From: Patescibacteria group bacterium
GTDB lineage: Bacteria > Patescibacteriota > Microgenomatia > UBA1406 > GWC2-37-13
Direction: 5' to 3'
DNA length: 64,000 bases
NCBI GenBank assembly: GCA_023380935.1
Contig: JAMCST010000009.1
Span: forward strand, 27,760-91,759
A model generated the notes under the pieces. It was not told the DNA's origin. It was given only the letters and a program-made list of their open reading frames with translations, and ran no database searches. The translations under genes and the position numbers were made by a program. Each line of letters starts with the position of its first letter. Position 1 is the stretch's first letter. This document shows, piece by piece, positions 54,035 through 63,307 of the stretch.

Positions 54035-55047
54035 TTTTTTAGCAATTTAAACCAATTTGACGTGGTGGTTAAGCCGGTTTTCAGATCTGTGAAGTTTGTC
54101 TTTGGAAATTCACGCAGATATTTCGCGTTTGATATCATTGATTTGGTTGGGGTTCCGGAGATGGATTTGTCAATATGGTTAGTTATTAATCTGGCGCCGT
54201 TAATGCCGGCGATCATTTCCGCGAGCCGGCGGATGTTGGTTGTGTCTCGGCCGCAGAGGTTATATACCATGCTTTTGCCGTTGAGCAAAACATTCAGCAG
54301 CATTTCCACCATGTCGGAGATAAAACAAAACGTGCGGTAGGCACCGCCGGAATCCATCATGGTGATGGTTTTATCGGTTTGCGCCCGTTTGATAAACTCA
54401 GATATTACTCTCCGATCGTCATACTTCAATCCTGGCCCATAAGTCAGCAGGACTCGGGCGATCTTCAGCGGTATTTTTTTTGAGTAAAGGTAACAAATGG
54501 TTTCTGCTAGTCGTTTTGATTCTGCGTATATGGCCCGATCCGATAAAGTGTTGACGTTTCCGGCATAGGTCTCATCGGTGGGAAGGTGTGCCTTGTCCGC
54601 TTCGCCGTAAATCTCCGCCGAACTCAGGTACAGCGCCGTGGCGTTGTTCTCCTGACAAAGATCAAGCAGATCAAACAGGGTTTTTATATTCAGCAGCACG
54701 GTTTCTTTCGGATACTGGAGGAATTTTTTTGGCTGGGCGTAAGTGGCACAATGGATTAGGTAATCAAAACGGAGGCGGTGGCTTAATTTTTTTCTGCTGA
54801 GATCTTGGCGTCGGTAAATAATGCGTTTTGATTTGGCCATCCATTTTTCTACCCCTGACCTGACTACGGCAATTATTTTCAAATTAAGATTTTCCCGTTG
54901 GCTCAATAGATCGAGACAGGCGGTGATGTTGCCGCCGATCAGGCCACTTGCTCCCGTCACCAAAATTGTTTTATTTTTCAGTTTTTCCAGATGATTGACA
55001 CTGATGGAGAGGTAGAATTGTGTCATCGTTTCTTGGAGGGTCAACAT
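54031..55047 (-). CDS. NAD-dependent epimerase/dehydratase (UDP-glucuronate decarboxylase-like)
   Basis: TGASGLIG, SSAEIYG, RAIYAESKR, YGPG...DRRV. Confidence 0.85.
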   Translation of the reverse strand: MLTLQETMTQFYLSISVNHLEKLKNKTILVTGASGLIGGNITACLDLLSQRENLNLKIIAVVRSGVEKWMAKSKRIIYRRQDLSRKKLSHRLRFDYLIHCATYAQPKKFLQYPKETVLLNIKTLFDLLDLCQENNATALYLSSAEIYGEADKAHLPTDETYAGNVNTLSDRAIYAESKRLAETICYLYSKKIPLKIARVLLTYGPGLKYDDRRVISEFIKRAQTDKTITMMDSGGAYRTFCFISDMVEMLLNVLLNGKSMVYNLCGRDTTNIRRLAEMIAGINGARLITNHIDKSISGTPTKSMISNAKYLREFPKTNFTDLKTGLTTTSNWFKLLKK

Positions 55048-55059
55048 AATTGGATTATT

Positions 55060-55830
55060 TTACCTAAACTTGCTATTGAGTTCAAGTAAACAGATAAGCG
55101 GTAAATGGTCGGAAATATCCGCCATTGGACAATGTTGGGACAGGACCCGGATATCGTGACTAACAAATACCATGTCGACGATGGCCGTGGCGTAACCGCC
55201 ATGATTTTTTCTCTGCATATTGAAAGTGGTGGTGAGTTTGTTTCCAAACACGTTATATAAATGTTGCTCAATGCTCCCGATTGTTTTTGTGTTTGGTGAA
55301 ACGTTAAAATCACCGGCAAGAATCAACGGGTGTTTGTTTTTTATTTCATTGACGATCATCCGGCCCATCTCCAAACGGCGTGGGTTATCATTTCCGTCTT
55401 GTCCCCAGATTCCTTGGGTGTTATAGACATAGAGATTGGTATCGTTGGTGTGGATTACTGTTTGTTGTAGGTTACGGGGAACCCGGGAATAATTGCTGCA
55501 CCGGTCGATTTTCAGGCGGGTAAACGGCACATCATAGAAAATCGTTTGACCGGAGACAATCGGATAGCGGGAAAAAACCGCATTACCGTTTGGAATCGCG
55601 CCGTTTTTTCTCTGGTCTGAAAACGCCGGAGAAAAAAAACAGTGGTAGTAATCGAATTGTCGCTGAAAAATAGTTAGTGTTTGTTCGTTTTTTTTCCGAT
55701 GATGGTCGTTTCCATTATTCACTTCTTGAAGCGCGAGAATATCTGGGTTTTCTTTTTTGATGAATTTAATGATACCGTCGAACAATAAACCGCCCCGCCA
55801 CAGATTGAGGGTGATAAATTTAATGCTCAT
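55060..55830 (-). CDS. Endonuclease/exonuclease/phosphatase family protein
   Basis: TLN, DILALQEV, GNAVFSRYP, AGDFN, SDHLP. Confidence 0.9.
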   Translation of the reverse strand: MSIKFITLNLWRGGLLFDGIIKFIKKENPDILALQEVNNGNDHHRKKNEQTLTIFQRQFDYYHCFFSPAFSDQRKNGAIPNGNAVFSRYPIVSGQTIFYDVPFTRLKIDRCSNYSRVPRNLQQTVIHTNDTNLYVYNTQGIWGQDGNDNPRRLEMGRMIVNEIKNKHPLILAGDFNVSPNTKTIGSIEQHLYNVFGNKLTTTFNMQRKNHGGYATAIVDMVFVSHDIRVLSQHCPMADISDHLPLICLLELNSKFR

Positions 55831-56756
55831 TTTGTTGCGGCAACATAGATCATTGGCCAAAATAACCGGGAGTGGGTGGCGAGATGAATTGCCAGCCGAC
55901 GCAACGTCTTGTTTTTTAGATAGTCGAAATCCAGTTGGCAGTTAAATTGACCGGTGTTGGTCTGCGAAAAGCCGGCCCGCTTATGGATTTTCTTTAAATA
56001 AGATTGGCTAAATGAGAGTTCGTAACCAAAGCGCATATGTTTCGCCCGTAACATTCTGGTGTGGAAAAAGGCAAACAGATCTTCAAGAACGGGAAGTCTC
56101 GGGATGTTTCCCCATACTTGTCGGTAGGTAAGCGAGCCAAGATTCAGGTAAGGTACGGTATTGTAAGCGACTCCGCCCTTTTTCAGTACTCTTTGGAGTT
56201 CTTTGACCGACACCAACGTGTCCCGAAAATGTTCAATGACTCCGGCTCCATAAAGCAGGTCAAATGAGTTATGTTTAAACGGCATGTTCAACACATTACC
56301 GCACACTAACAGATAGTTGGGTATTTTTTCTTTCTCGAATACCAACCGAGCCAACTTTAGTGCTTCGATTGACATATCAATACCGATGACCGTTTGCCCA
56401 TCGAGAGCTAAATGACGGCCTAGGTAAAAAGTTCCGCAACCGATTTCCAAAAACAGTCGTCCCGGCTTTAATTTTTTATATTTGGTAATTTGTTCCCAAG
56501 TCGGTTGAAAGAATTTCTTGTCCAGGGATTTAATCTCCTTGACTACGTCTTTTTTTGCGTCTTTTTCGTATTTCTCGTTCCATTTACGTTGAGAGAGACG
56601 CATGCCTTTTTCTTCAATTGTAAGAGAAAAATTAGGAATCCCTTGCTGGATAGGGAATTTTTTGCCGCATGGGCCGCAGACAAAAGAACCCCGTTTATGC
56701 AGCAGTTCGTTTTTGCAATAAGGGCAACATAGTAGGCGGTAAAGCGTCTTATTCAT
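55827..56756 (-). CDS. Trm112-like Zn-knuckle plus class I SAM methyltransferase
   Basis: LCCPYCK...CGPCGKKFPIQQGIP, then LEIGCG and VIEHF. Confidence 0.88.
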   Translation of the reverse strand: MNKTLYRLLCCPYCKNELLHKRGSFVCGPCGKKFPIQQGIPNFSLTIEEKGMRLSQRKWNEKYEKDAKKDVVKEIKSLDKKFFQPTWEQITKYKKLKPGRLFLEIGCGTFYLGRHLALDGQTVIGIDMSIEALKLARLVFEKEKIPNYLLVCGNVLNMPFKHNSFDLLYGAGVIEHFRDTLVSVKELQRVLKKGGVAYNTVPYLNLGSLTYRQVWGNIPRLPVLEDLFAFFHTRMLRAKHMRFGYELSFSQSYLKKIHKRAGFSQTNTGQFNCQLDFDYLKNKTLRRLAIHLATHSRLFWPMIYVAATK

Positions 56757-57391
56757 TTTTCTTTCAAGTGCAATACCATAAGTAAATACGAACCAAATAG
56801 CCTCGGACTGATTTTATAACCAAGATTGACGAGACATGTGGTTATAAAAAAAACCGTTCTGAACAGGATCCCACGGCCGTGAAATTTGATCTCCGGAGGG
56901 ATGTATTTTGTTAAGACGATTTCCAAACCGAACCGCTGGATTAAGGTTTTCAGGTTTTTTTGGTCGAAATAGAAAGTATGGGTGGGATCTTGCGTTTGGT
57001 CTAGTACGACGACGAGAAAATAAAGGAAAACCGAGGAAATGTTCGGAGTGGTAATAATGATTTTTCCGGATTTGGCCAGATGGCGTTTCATTCCTTCCAA
57101 AAACAGACCAGGGTTGCTTAGATGCTCAATTAGTTCACCGGCAACGATGTAATCAAATTTTCGGTTGAGCCTGATGGATTCGGCGTTCATCACGTATGCG
57201 GGCAACCTTTTTCGTTTTATCGGCGACAGCATTTTTTTATTAATGTCAATACCGACGATCCGGTCAGTTTTTTTTGCCAGGGCAAAATGAATCTGAGGAT
57301 TTTGGGCACAGCCGACATTAAGTACCGTAACCCGGTCAGGTACCAAGTCCAATAAAGCCCGGACCCGGTTATCCTTCAGATGGTTTGTCAT
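56753..57391 (-). CDS. Class I SAM methyltransferase
   Basis: VLNVGCA, FDYIVAGELIEHL, ITTPN. Confidence 0.88.
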   Translation of the reverse strand: MTNHLKDNRVRALLDLVPDRVTVLNVGCAQNPQIHFALAKKTDRIVGIDINKKMLSPIKRKRLPAYVMNAESIRLNRKFDYIVAGELIEHLSNPGLFLEGMKRHLAKSGKIIITTPNISSVFLYFLVVVLDQTQDPTHTFYFDQKNLKTLIQRFGLEIVLTKYIPPEIKFHGRGILFRTVFFITTCLVNLGYKISPRLFGSYLLMVLHLKEK

Positions 57392-58499
57392 ATATTTTTT
57401 TTAACCAGTTAATCTTGTCCATTTTTTTGGCCCAGGCCAAGGCATTTTGACTTAGCCGCCGATACAGCGACTCATCTTTGATCAATCGCAATACGACATC
57501 GGCCATTTCTCGGTAGTCATTATATACAAAACCGGTGTTGTATTGTTTGATTTCGTCTGAGGTGCTATAGATATTGTCGCATACGGTTGGTAAACCGGCG
57601 GCTGCATATTCCCGGATTTTCAGCGAGTCGGCATAGGTCATATACGAGGCGTTTTTTTTGTAACACGAGATACCGATATAACTGCCGGCAACTACTGCGG
57701 TTGACTGCGGTCGGGACAAGGCCCCATGAAATACAATATTATTTTTCAGCCCCGCTTTGACAAATTCCTCTTGGTCGTCTTTATCGACTGCCGAGACGAT
57801 ATGCAAGGTAAAGTTTGGCATGAGCGACTTTATCCGTTTAAGGGCGCAGAGCAAGACCTTCATGTCTACCTGGTTTTTGAAAATACCGGCGGTCATCACT
57901 AAGGCCAATTTGTTTCTGGCGGCGACTGCCTGTTTTGGGACAGTGTCGTAGACAGGAGAGTTGGGCAACAGAAAAAACCGTCGTTGGTGGTTAACCGACG
58001 CCATGGTTTTTGCCTGGTGCAGCATCCGTTGACTGACCAGTGTGACAAGGTCGGCGTGGTTTAGGGCAAACCGGTAGAGCCGTTGATATATTCCTTCGAG
58101 TAAGGCATTGTTAAAGCGGGGCGACGAATAGTCGATTGAATGGAACTGAATCATTTTTGCCAGCCCCCATTTTTTTAAGACATAACAGGAAAAAAAATTG
58201 AGGGGGTCGGAGGCAATTGCCAGGGAAAATCGTTCATGAGTTTGCAGTATCCAGGCAAGATTGACTAGGCATTCCTCAATCCACAACAGCGGCGGCCGGG
58301 TAAAGGCCCAGTGTTGTTTGGTCGTTACTCCGCTGGTGAACGTCGACGGGTGGTTGATTTTTTCGAATGGATGTTCGATTAGAGAAATTTGGTTTTGTCG
58401 GGCGAGAAAGTCGATGATATGATCGATGCCTCCTTGTTTCGGCAGGCCGTTAAAATACAGCCGGTGGACAATAAACAGGATTTGCTCGTTTTTCATCAT
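57369..58499 (-). CDS. GT4-like glycosyltransferase
   Basis: DSLKIREYAAAGLP, ADLVTLVS. Start at MMKNEQ. Confidence 0.8.
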   Translation of the reverse strand: MMKNEQILFIVHRLYFNGLPKQGGIDHIIDFLARQNQISLIEHPFEKINHPSTFTSGVTTKQHWAFTRPPLLWIEECLVNLAWILQTHERFSLAIASDPLNFFSCYVLKKWGLAKMIQFHSIDYSSPRFNNALLEGIYQRLYRFALNHADLVTLVSQRMLHQAKTMASVNHQRRFFLLPNSPVYDTVPKQAVAARNKLALVMTAGIFKNQVDMKVLLCALKRIKSLMPNFTLHIVSAVDKDDQEEFVKAGLKNNIVFHGALSRPQSTAVVAGSYIGISCYKKNASYMTYADSLKIREYAAAGLPTVCDNIYSTSDEIKQYNTGFVYNDYREMADVVLRLIKDESLYRRLSQNALAWAKKMDKINWLKKIYDKPSEG

Positions 58500-60253
58500 A
58501 GTGCAGTAAAATGTTTCCGCCACAAAGCAAACACCAAGCATTTCCACAGAATCCATTCTCTTTGCCACCTCCAGATCGGCAAAGACGGCCGGGCGTCAAT
58601 CAGACGGGCCAAATAATTATGGCCGTAAAAGTCAACCAGGTAGTCATCGGTTAAGATTAGATTCCTATCTTTTTCCAGTCCCTGCTGCAACAGATCGTAG
58701 ACTGGAATCATCCCGCCTTTTTTCTTTCTCTCCCAGATGGTTTTTGGCAAATACCGCTGTGCGATTTTACGGATAATATATTTTTCCTGGCTTTGTTTCG
58801 GGTTATAAAATGACGAATGCAGTAGGTGGTCGACGGGCAGCTGGTTGGCGAATCCCGCGACATGGTAGTCCATAAACGGAGCGCGCGCTTCAATGGAAGC
58901 CGCCATCGTGGCTTTGTCAACTTTCATGCAATAGTGGTTAGGAAGGGAACGTTTGATTTCATACCGTTGCATCTGTTTAAAAAAAATATATGACAAACCA
59001 TCTGAATGGCGATGCAGGTATTGGGAATAGCCAAAGAACTTATGGTTGGGCAGCGATCTTTCGATCGCATAGTAGTAGAGTTGGGTTTTAATATAGTCGG
59101 GCAACAGTCTGAAAGGATACTGGGAAAGTTGAAACCAGGAGTAACCGGCGAATAGCTCGTCTGATCCTTCGCCGACCAGCACAACCCTGACACCTAGCTC
59201 TCTGATTTTGCGTGACAGCAAATAGGTGCTGAATAACCCACTGTCAACAGTAGAAAGGTCGTCGTAGATTGAGATATGCGAGCGGAATTCCTCATAGACA
59301 TCGGCAATTTCCAGAGTGAGGTCAATATGATCGGTTCGGCAGTATTTTGCGACTGTGTGAGCATAGGGGGTTTCGTCAATCACCGAGTTTTTGAAAGCAA
59401 TGGTAATGGTTTTTACCGGTGATTTGGTTTGTTTAGCAGCCAATGCCGTTATCAGCGAGGAATCAAGTCCGCCAGACAATAAAATTCCGATCGGCACGTC
59501 GGCCACCATTCTTGTATTGACGGCGTTGATCAACAATTTTTCCAGACGTTGCTGTGCAAGATCAAAATTGATTTTAAGCGTTTCCCGGGGCAGTTGCCAA
59601 TATTGTCTTAGTTGTGTTTTTCCATCGGCCGTGACCGTCAAAAAACTGGCAGGAGGAACCTTAACCACGTTCTTAATGATGGTTCTGTCGTTTTCCGGCA
59701 AATAAGGAAAACCCATCCAAAGCTTAAACATTTCCGGATCAATCTGAAAGTTGAAATCGGGCAGCTGGAAAAAAGCTTTTGTTTCCGAAGAAAAAACCAC
59801 CGACTTTTTGTGTTGCCAGTAGTAGAGCGGTTTTTTGCCGATGCGGTCCCTTACTAAATAGGCCAGTTGTTTATTTTGATCGTAGAGGCAAAAAGCAAAC
59901 ATGCCGTTGATTTTTTTAAGCAGTCTTTCTATTCCCCATTCTTCGTAACCATGGAGTAATACCTCGGTATCGGTGTGTGATTTCCAGCGGTGTTTTATAG
60001 AAAGCTGTTTTCTGAGTTCCTGAAAGTTATAAATTTCTCCGTTGAAAATCACCCAGACAGTCGCGTCCTCATTGCTCATCGGCTGATGACCTTGGGGAGA
60101 CAAATCAATGATGCTCAGTCGTCTAAAGCCCAAAATAACGTTATCATCATGATATTGGCCCGAGTCATCAGGTCCGCGATGTTTGATGGCATTCAAACTT
60201 TTATCGATCGGTCCGTTTTCGGTTTTGCCGATGATGCCAAAGATCCCACACAT
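58496..60253 (-). CDS. asnB: Asparagine synthase-like glutamine amidotransferase
   Basis: MCGI, HRGPD, RLSIIDL, FNGEIYN, LSGGLDSS, GEGSDELFAGY. Confidence 0.93.
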   Translation of the reverse strand: MCGIFGIIGKTENGPIDKSLNAIKHRGPDDSGQYHDDNVILGFRRLSIIDLSPQGHQPMSNEDATVWVIFNGEIYNFQELRKQLSIKHRWKSHTDTEVLLHGYEEWGIERLLKKINGMFAFCLYDQNKQLAYLVRDRIGKKPLYYWQHKKSVVFSSETKAFFQLPDFNFQIDPEMFKLWMGFPYLPENDRTIIKNVVKVPPASFLTVTADGKTQLRQYWQLPRETLKINFDLAQQRLEKLLINAVNTRMVADVPIGILLSGGLDSSLITALAAKQTKSPVKTITIAFKNSVIDETPYAHTVAKYCRTDHIDLTLEIADVYEEFRSHISIYDDLSTVDSGLFSTYLLSRKIRELGVRVVLVGEGSDELFAGYSWFQLSQYPFRLLPDYIKTQLYYYAIERSLPNHKFFGYSQYLHRHSDGLSYIFFKQMQRYEIKRSLPNHYCMKVDKATMAASIEARAPFMDYHVAGFANQLPVDHLLHSSFYNPKQSQEKYIIRKIAQRYLPKTIWERKKKGGMIPVYDLLQQGLEKDRNLILTDDYLVDFYGHNYLARLIDARPSLPIWRWQREWILWKCLVFALWRKHFTAL

Positions 60254-60257
60254 ATTT

Positions 60258-61067
60258 TTATTTTAGCAAAAACTCTATTCCGATCAGCAGTCGCAAAAAA
60301 TACATCACTAAAGTCAATAAAGGGTGGACCAGCAGTTTCTTCCATTTTCCCCGTTCAAAAAACACCCCGACATACCGGTAATAAAAACCGAGCTGTTTTT
60401 TTATATCGGGGTCAGCCTTTCCCCATTTCTTCATATACCTGTCAAAGCTGCCGATGTAATAACTTTTCTTAGTCAAATATTTCCCCAATCTAAAATCGCC
60501 TTCGTTGTGATAAATCGGCGTTGTAACCAAATCGGTTTTGCCCAATTTACGGATTTTTTTGTCGAAGTCCCAGTCTTCCGGCCCGGCCAGCGACTCGTCG
60601 AAGCCTTTGACCGCGACAAAGGCTTTTTTAGAAACAAAGCGGACACAGTCGATCACCGTAGCGTCGTAAAAAGATCTTTCAAACCGCCTGACCTTACACC
60701 AGAATGATTTGCCTACGACGACTTCGGAAATATAAAGAGCAACGATTTTTGGATCCTTCCTTACTTTTTTTAGGCAATCTCTAACGACGTTTTTTGACAT
60801 GATCATGTCCGCGTCGAGGTACAGCACGTATTTTCCCGTTGCCCGGTTGATGCCGAAATTGCGCTGGGCCGATCGTTCCGGGCCTTTTTCTAACACGCGA
60901 TCGGTGTATCGAAGAGCGATCTCCTTGGTTTTGTCGACGGAGTGATTGTCGACAACAATTGTTTCGATGGTTTTATAAGATTGTTGTCGAATTGACTTCA
61001 GGCAGTTCTCGATGTTTCTCTGCTCATTTTTCGTGGTGATAATGATCGAAACCAGCGGATGTTTCAT
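60258..61067 (-). CDS. GT2 glycosyltransferase
   Basis: VSIIITTKNE, VVDNHSVD, ERSAQRN, YLDAD, EDWD. Confidence 0.92.
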   Translation of the reverse strand: MKHPLVSIIITTKNEQRNIENCLKSIRQQSYKTIETIVVDNHSVDKTKEIALRYTDRVLEKGPERSAQRNFGINRATGKYVLYLDADMIMSKNVVRDCLKKVRKDPKIVALYISEVVVGKSFWCKVRRFERSFYDATVIDCVRFVSKKAFVAVKGFDESLAGPEDWDFDKKIRKLGKTDLVTTPIYHNEGDFRLGKYLTKKSYYIGSFDRYMKKWGKADPDIKKQLGFYYRYVGVFFERGKWKKLLVHPLLTLVMYFLRLLIGIEFLLK

Positions 61068-61068
61068 G

Positions 61069-61593
61069 TTAGTTTGCGAATGTCATTAATTTTTTTTCCT
61101 CCAGGTGTTTTCGGTAATGGGCGGGAAAAACCAGGGATCTTAACGCAAACTTAACGCTGATGCGTCTGATCAGTGAGTAAGAAAGCCATGGAATCCGGTT
61201 GGAAACCGTATCGTACGCAAGGTGCAAACCAAGAGAAGAGGCAAAAGCAAGCAAAAGTGATCTGGTCATCGTCAGGTCGGCGGGATTTTTTAGACTACCA
61301 AGGTAGAAAAAAATCAAAAAGCCGCCGATAACGATTTCCCAGGCGTGCAAAGGGATAATGATCCGGTCGCTTTTGAGGAACTGGTACCCTTTGGCAAAAT
61401 AGCGCGGATTAAATCGCCAGCCAAAGGCGAGGAAATAATCAACCAGATGGTCCAGGTCGACGAACAAACCGCCCGCCAACGCTGCGGCAATCACGAAGGA
61501 CAAATGAGGTGCCGGCCGGTAAAGCCACCATACCGCCACGGCGACAAGGAGACTGCAGGCCAGATGAACCGATTCGTGAATCAGTAAGCGCAT
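61069..61593 (-). CDS. Membrane-bound metal-dependent hydrolase-like protein
   Basis: TM helices with H, DLDH, LHAWE and HLAYD. Confidence 0.6.
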   Translation of the reverse strand: MRLLIHESVHLACSLLVAVAVWWLYRPAPHLSFVIAAALAGGLFVDLDHLVDYFLAFGWRFNPRYFAKGYQFLKSDRIIIPLHAWEIVIGGFLIFFYLGSLKNPADLTMTRSLLLAFASSLGLHLAYDTVSNRIPWLSYSLIRRISVKFALRSLVFPAHYRKHLEEKKLMTFAN

Positions 61594-61620
61594 GGAATAT
61601 ATTTTAACAGGAAACTACGT

Positions 61621-63267
61621 TCATCCCGATTGGAAGAAGTGTTTGGCCAGCGATTTTGAGGCGTTTTTCCAAAAAGTAAAGGAGAAAAAACTCACCCTGG
61701 TCTGGTTCGGATCAAAATCAAGCAAGTGCGCCAGCAGCTTCCAGGCCATGTAGAACAGATATTTGAAATCATGAAAACTGCGGATGCCCATGATTTTGCG
61801 CAGAATATAACGCGGCGTCATAAAGGCCGAGTATAGTTCCTGTTCCAGTTCGTATATCCTTTCTTTCGGGTAAGGGGTGGTCATGACCGGTTCCCGCATG
61901 TCATAGCGTTCGTAGTCTTCGGTCAGGAGCCAGCCTTTTTGCTTGCATTCCTTCCATAAGGGCGTGCCGGGATAAGGAATGGTGATGGTGGCCTGCATGG
62001 TGTTGAAATAACCCTTGTCAAAGCACGATTTGGCCAGGGCAATGGTGCGTTTGGCGTCGCGCAGCGACTCCCACGGATAGCCGAGCATGATGGTGGCGTG
62101 CGGTTCCAGACCGGCTTTGGCCGCCATCCGGCCGCCGTTGATGATGTCTTTCACCTTGATGCCTTTATCCAGTTTGTCCAGGGTTTTTTGGTTCCCCGAC
62201 TCCATTCCGTAGAGGATGAAGCGGAAATGGGCTTTTTTCATCAGGTAATACAAATCCTGCTTGATGGCGTTGAAACGCATGTTGCATCCGTAGACGACTT
62301 TTTTGTTGTAGCCGCTTTCGATCATCAGTTCGCAAAAACGCTTCATTTTGTTGCCGGCGAACATCGTGCCGGCATCGTCGAAAATCTCCTTGACGCCATA
62401 GCGGTCAACCACGTATTTGACCTCGGCAAACAGCCGCTCCGGCGAAAAGCTGCGGTAAGAACCAAGCGGGTTAATCGTATGGTCCCAGACGCAGAAAGTG
62501 CAGCGGTTCCACCAGCAGTCGCGGCCGCTGTACATATAGGTGCCGGGCGTGTACTTATAGTTGCCGTTTTCGTAAGCGTACAATTTCCATTTGGTCAGGT
62601 CGCGGTCGATAAACGGTAAGGAGTCAAGATTGTGTCTTAGTGACGCCGGACCGGAATTAAATATGTCGCTTGACGCCGTTTTTCTCGACCGCCTCACCCC
62701 TAGAGGGGCCCCAGGCGATTGTCTCGAAAAAGATGTCTGCGCTTTTCCTATTTTATTGTCGTTACCGCGCCAGTATACTCCCCCTTCCAGTTTTTCGCCT
62801 TGGTAAATGTGGTTTAACAAATTGAGCAATACAAAGTCATAGTCGCCGCCGGCGATGATGTAATCGACTTTGCAGTTGGCAAACGACTCCAGCGGCAGAT
62901 AAGTAACATGGTCGCCCACCAATATTATCTTCAGTTTGGGCAATAGCCGCTTCAGGAGGTTGATTTCTTTCCAGTGGGTTTTCAGCACCGGCGCTTTGGT
63001 TTCCAGCAAAAGGTAGTCGGGCCTGGTGCGTTTTAACTGTTTGAGCCATTGATCATGGGTTTGTTTTTCGGCGATGCCGTCCATCCAGTAAACCCGGTAA
63101 TGGTTCTTTTTCAACAGCGTCGCCGCAGAGGCAGGGACCATCGGGTAGATATAGGTGGGAGAATTAAAATACTGGAACTGACGGTTTTGGGAAAGGAGCG
63201 GCACCCCTTTTTTGGATTCGATCGGCGGGTAACCGATGACGATTTTTATCTGATTGGGTTTTTTCAT
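61621..63267 (-). CDS. B12-binding-domain radical SAM protein
   Basis: VGDHVT, RDCWWNRCTFC, GMESGNQ, IPYPGTPL. Start placed at MKKPNQ; the alternative is 63303. Confidence 0.9.
   Translation of the reverse strand: MKKPNQIKIVIGYPPIESKKGVPLLSQNRQFQYFNSPTYIYPMVPASAATLLKKNHYRVYWMDGIAEKQTHDQWLKQLKRTRPDYLLLETKAPVLKTHWKEINLLKRLLPKLKIILVGDHVTYLPLESFANCKVDYIIAGGDYDFVLLNLLNHIYQGEKLEGGVYWRGNDNKIGKAQTSFSRQSPGAPLGVRRSRKTASSDIFNSGPASLRHNLDSLPFIDRDLTKWKLYAYENGNYKYTPGTYMYSGRDCWWNRCTFCVWDHTINPLGSYRSFSPERLFAEVKYVVDRYGVKEIFDDAGTMFAGNKMKRFCELMIESGYNKKVVYGCNMRFNAIKQDLYYLMKKAHFRFILYGMESGNQKTLDKLDKGIKVKDIINGGRMAAKAGLEPHATIMLGYPWESLRDAKRTIALAKSCFDKGYFNTMQATITIPYPGTPLWKECKQKGWLLTEDYERYDMREPVMTTPYPKERIYELEQELYSAFMTPRYILRKIMGIRSFHDFKYLFYMAWKLLAHLLDFDPNQTRVSFFSFTFWKNASKSLAKHFFQSG
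62672..62737. repeat. Imperfect 66-bp palindromic element inside the radical SAM gene
   Basis: GACGCCGTTTTTCTCGAC pairs imperfectly with GTCTCGAAAAAGATGTC. Inner stems are CGCCT/AGGCG and CCCC/GGGG. Confidence 0.65.
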
Positions 63268-63307
63268 AGGCCTTAGCTTACCAGATTTTTTTGCCTTGAC
63301 CACCGAA

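Noticed and set aside
44894..61097. Phase-variable poly-A/T tracts of 8-9 nt in glycan genes
   Set aside because: All frames are intact, and such runs are expected from Lys/Phe codons in AT-rich genes.
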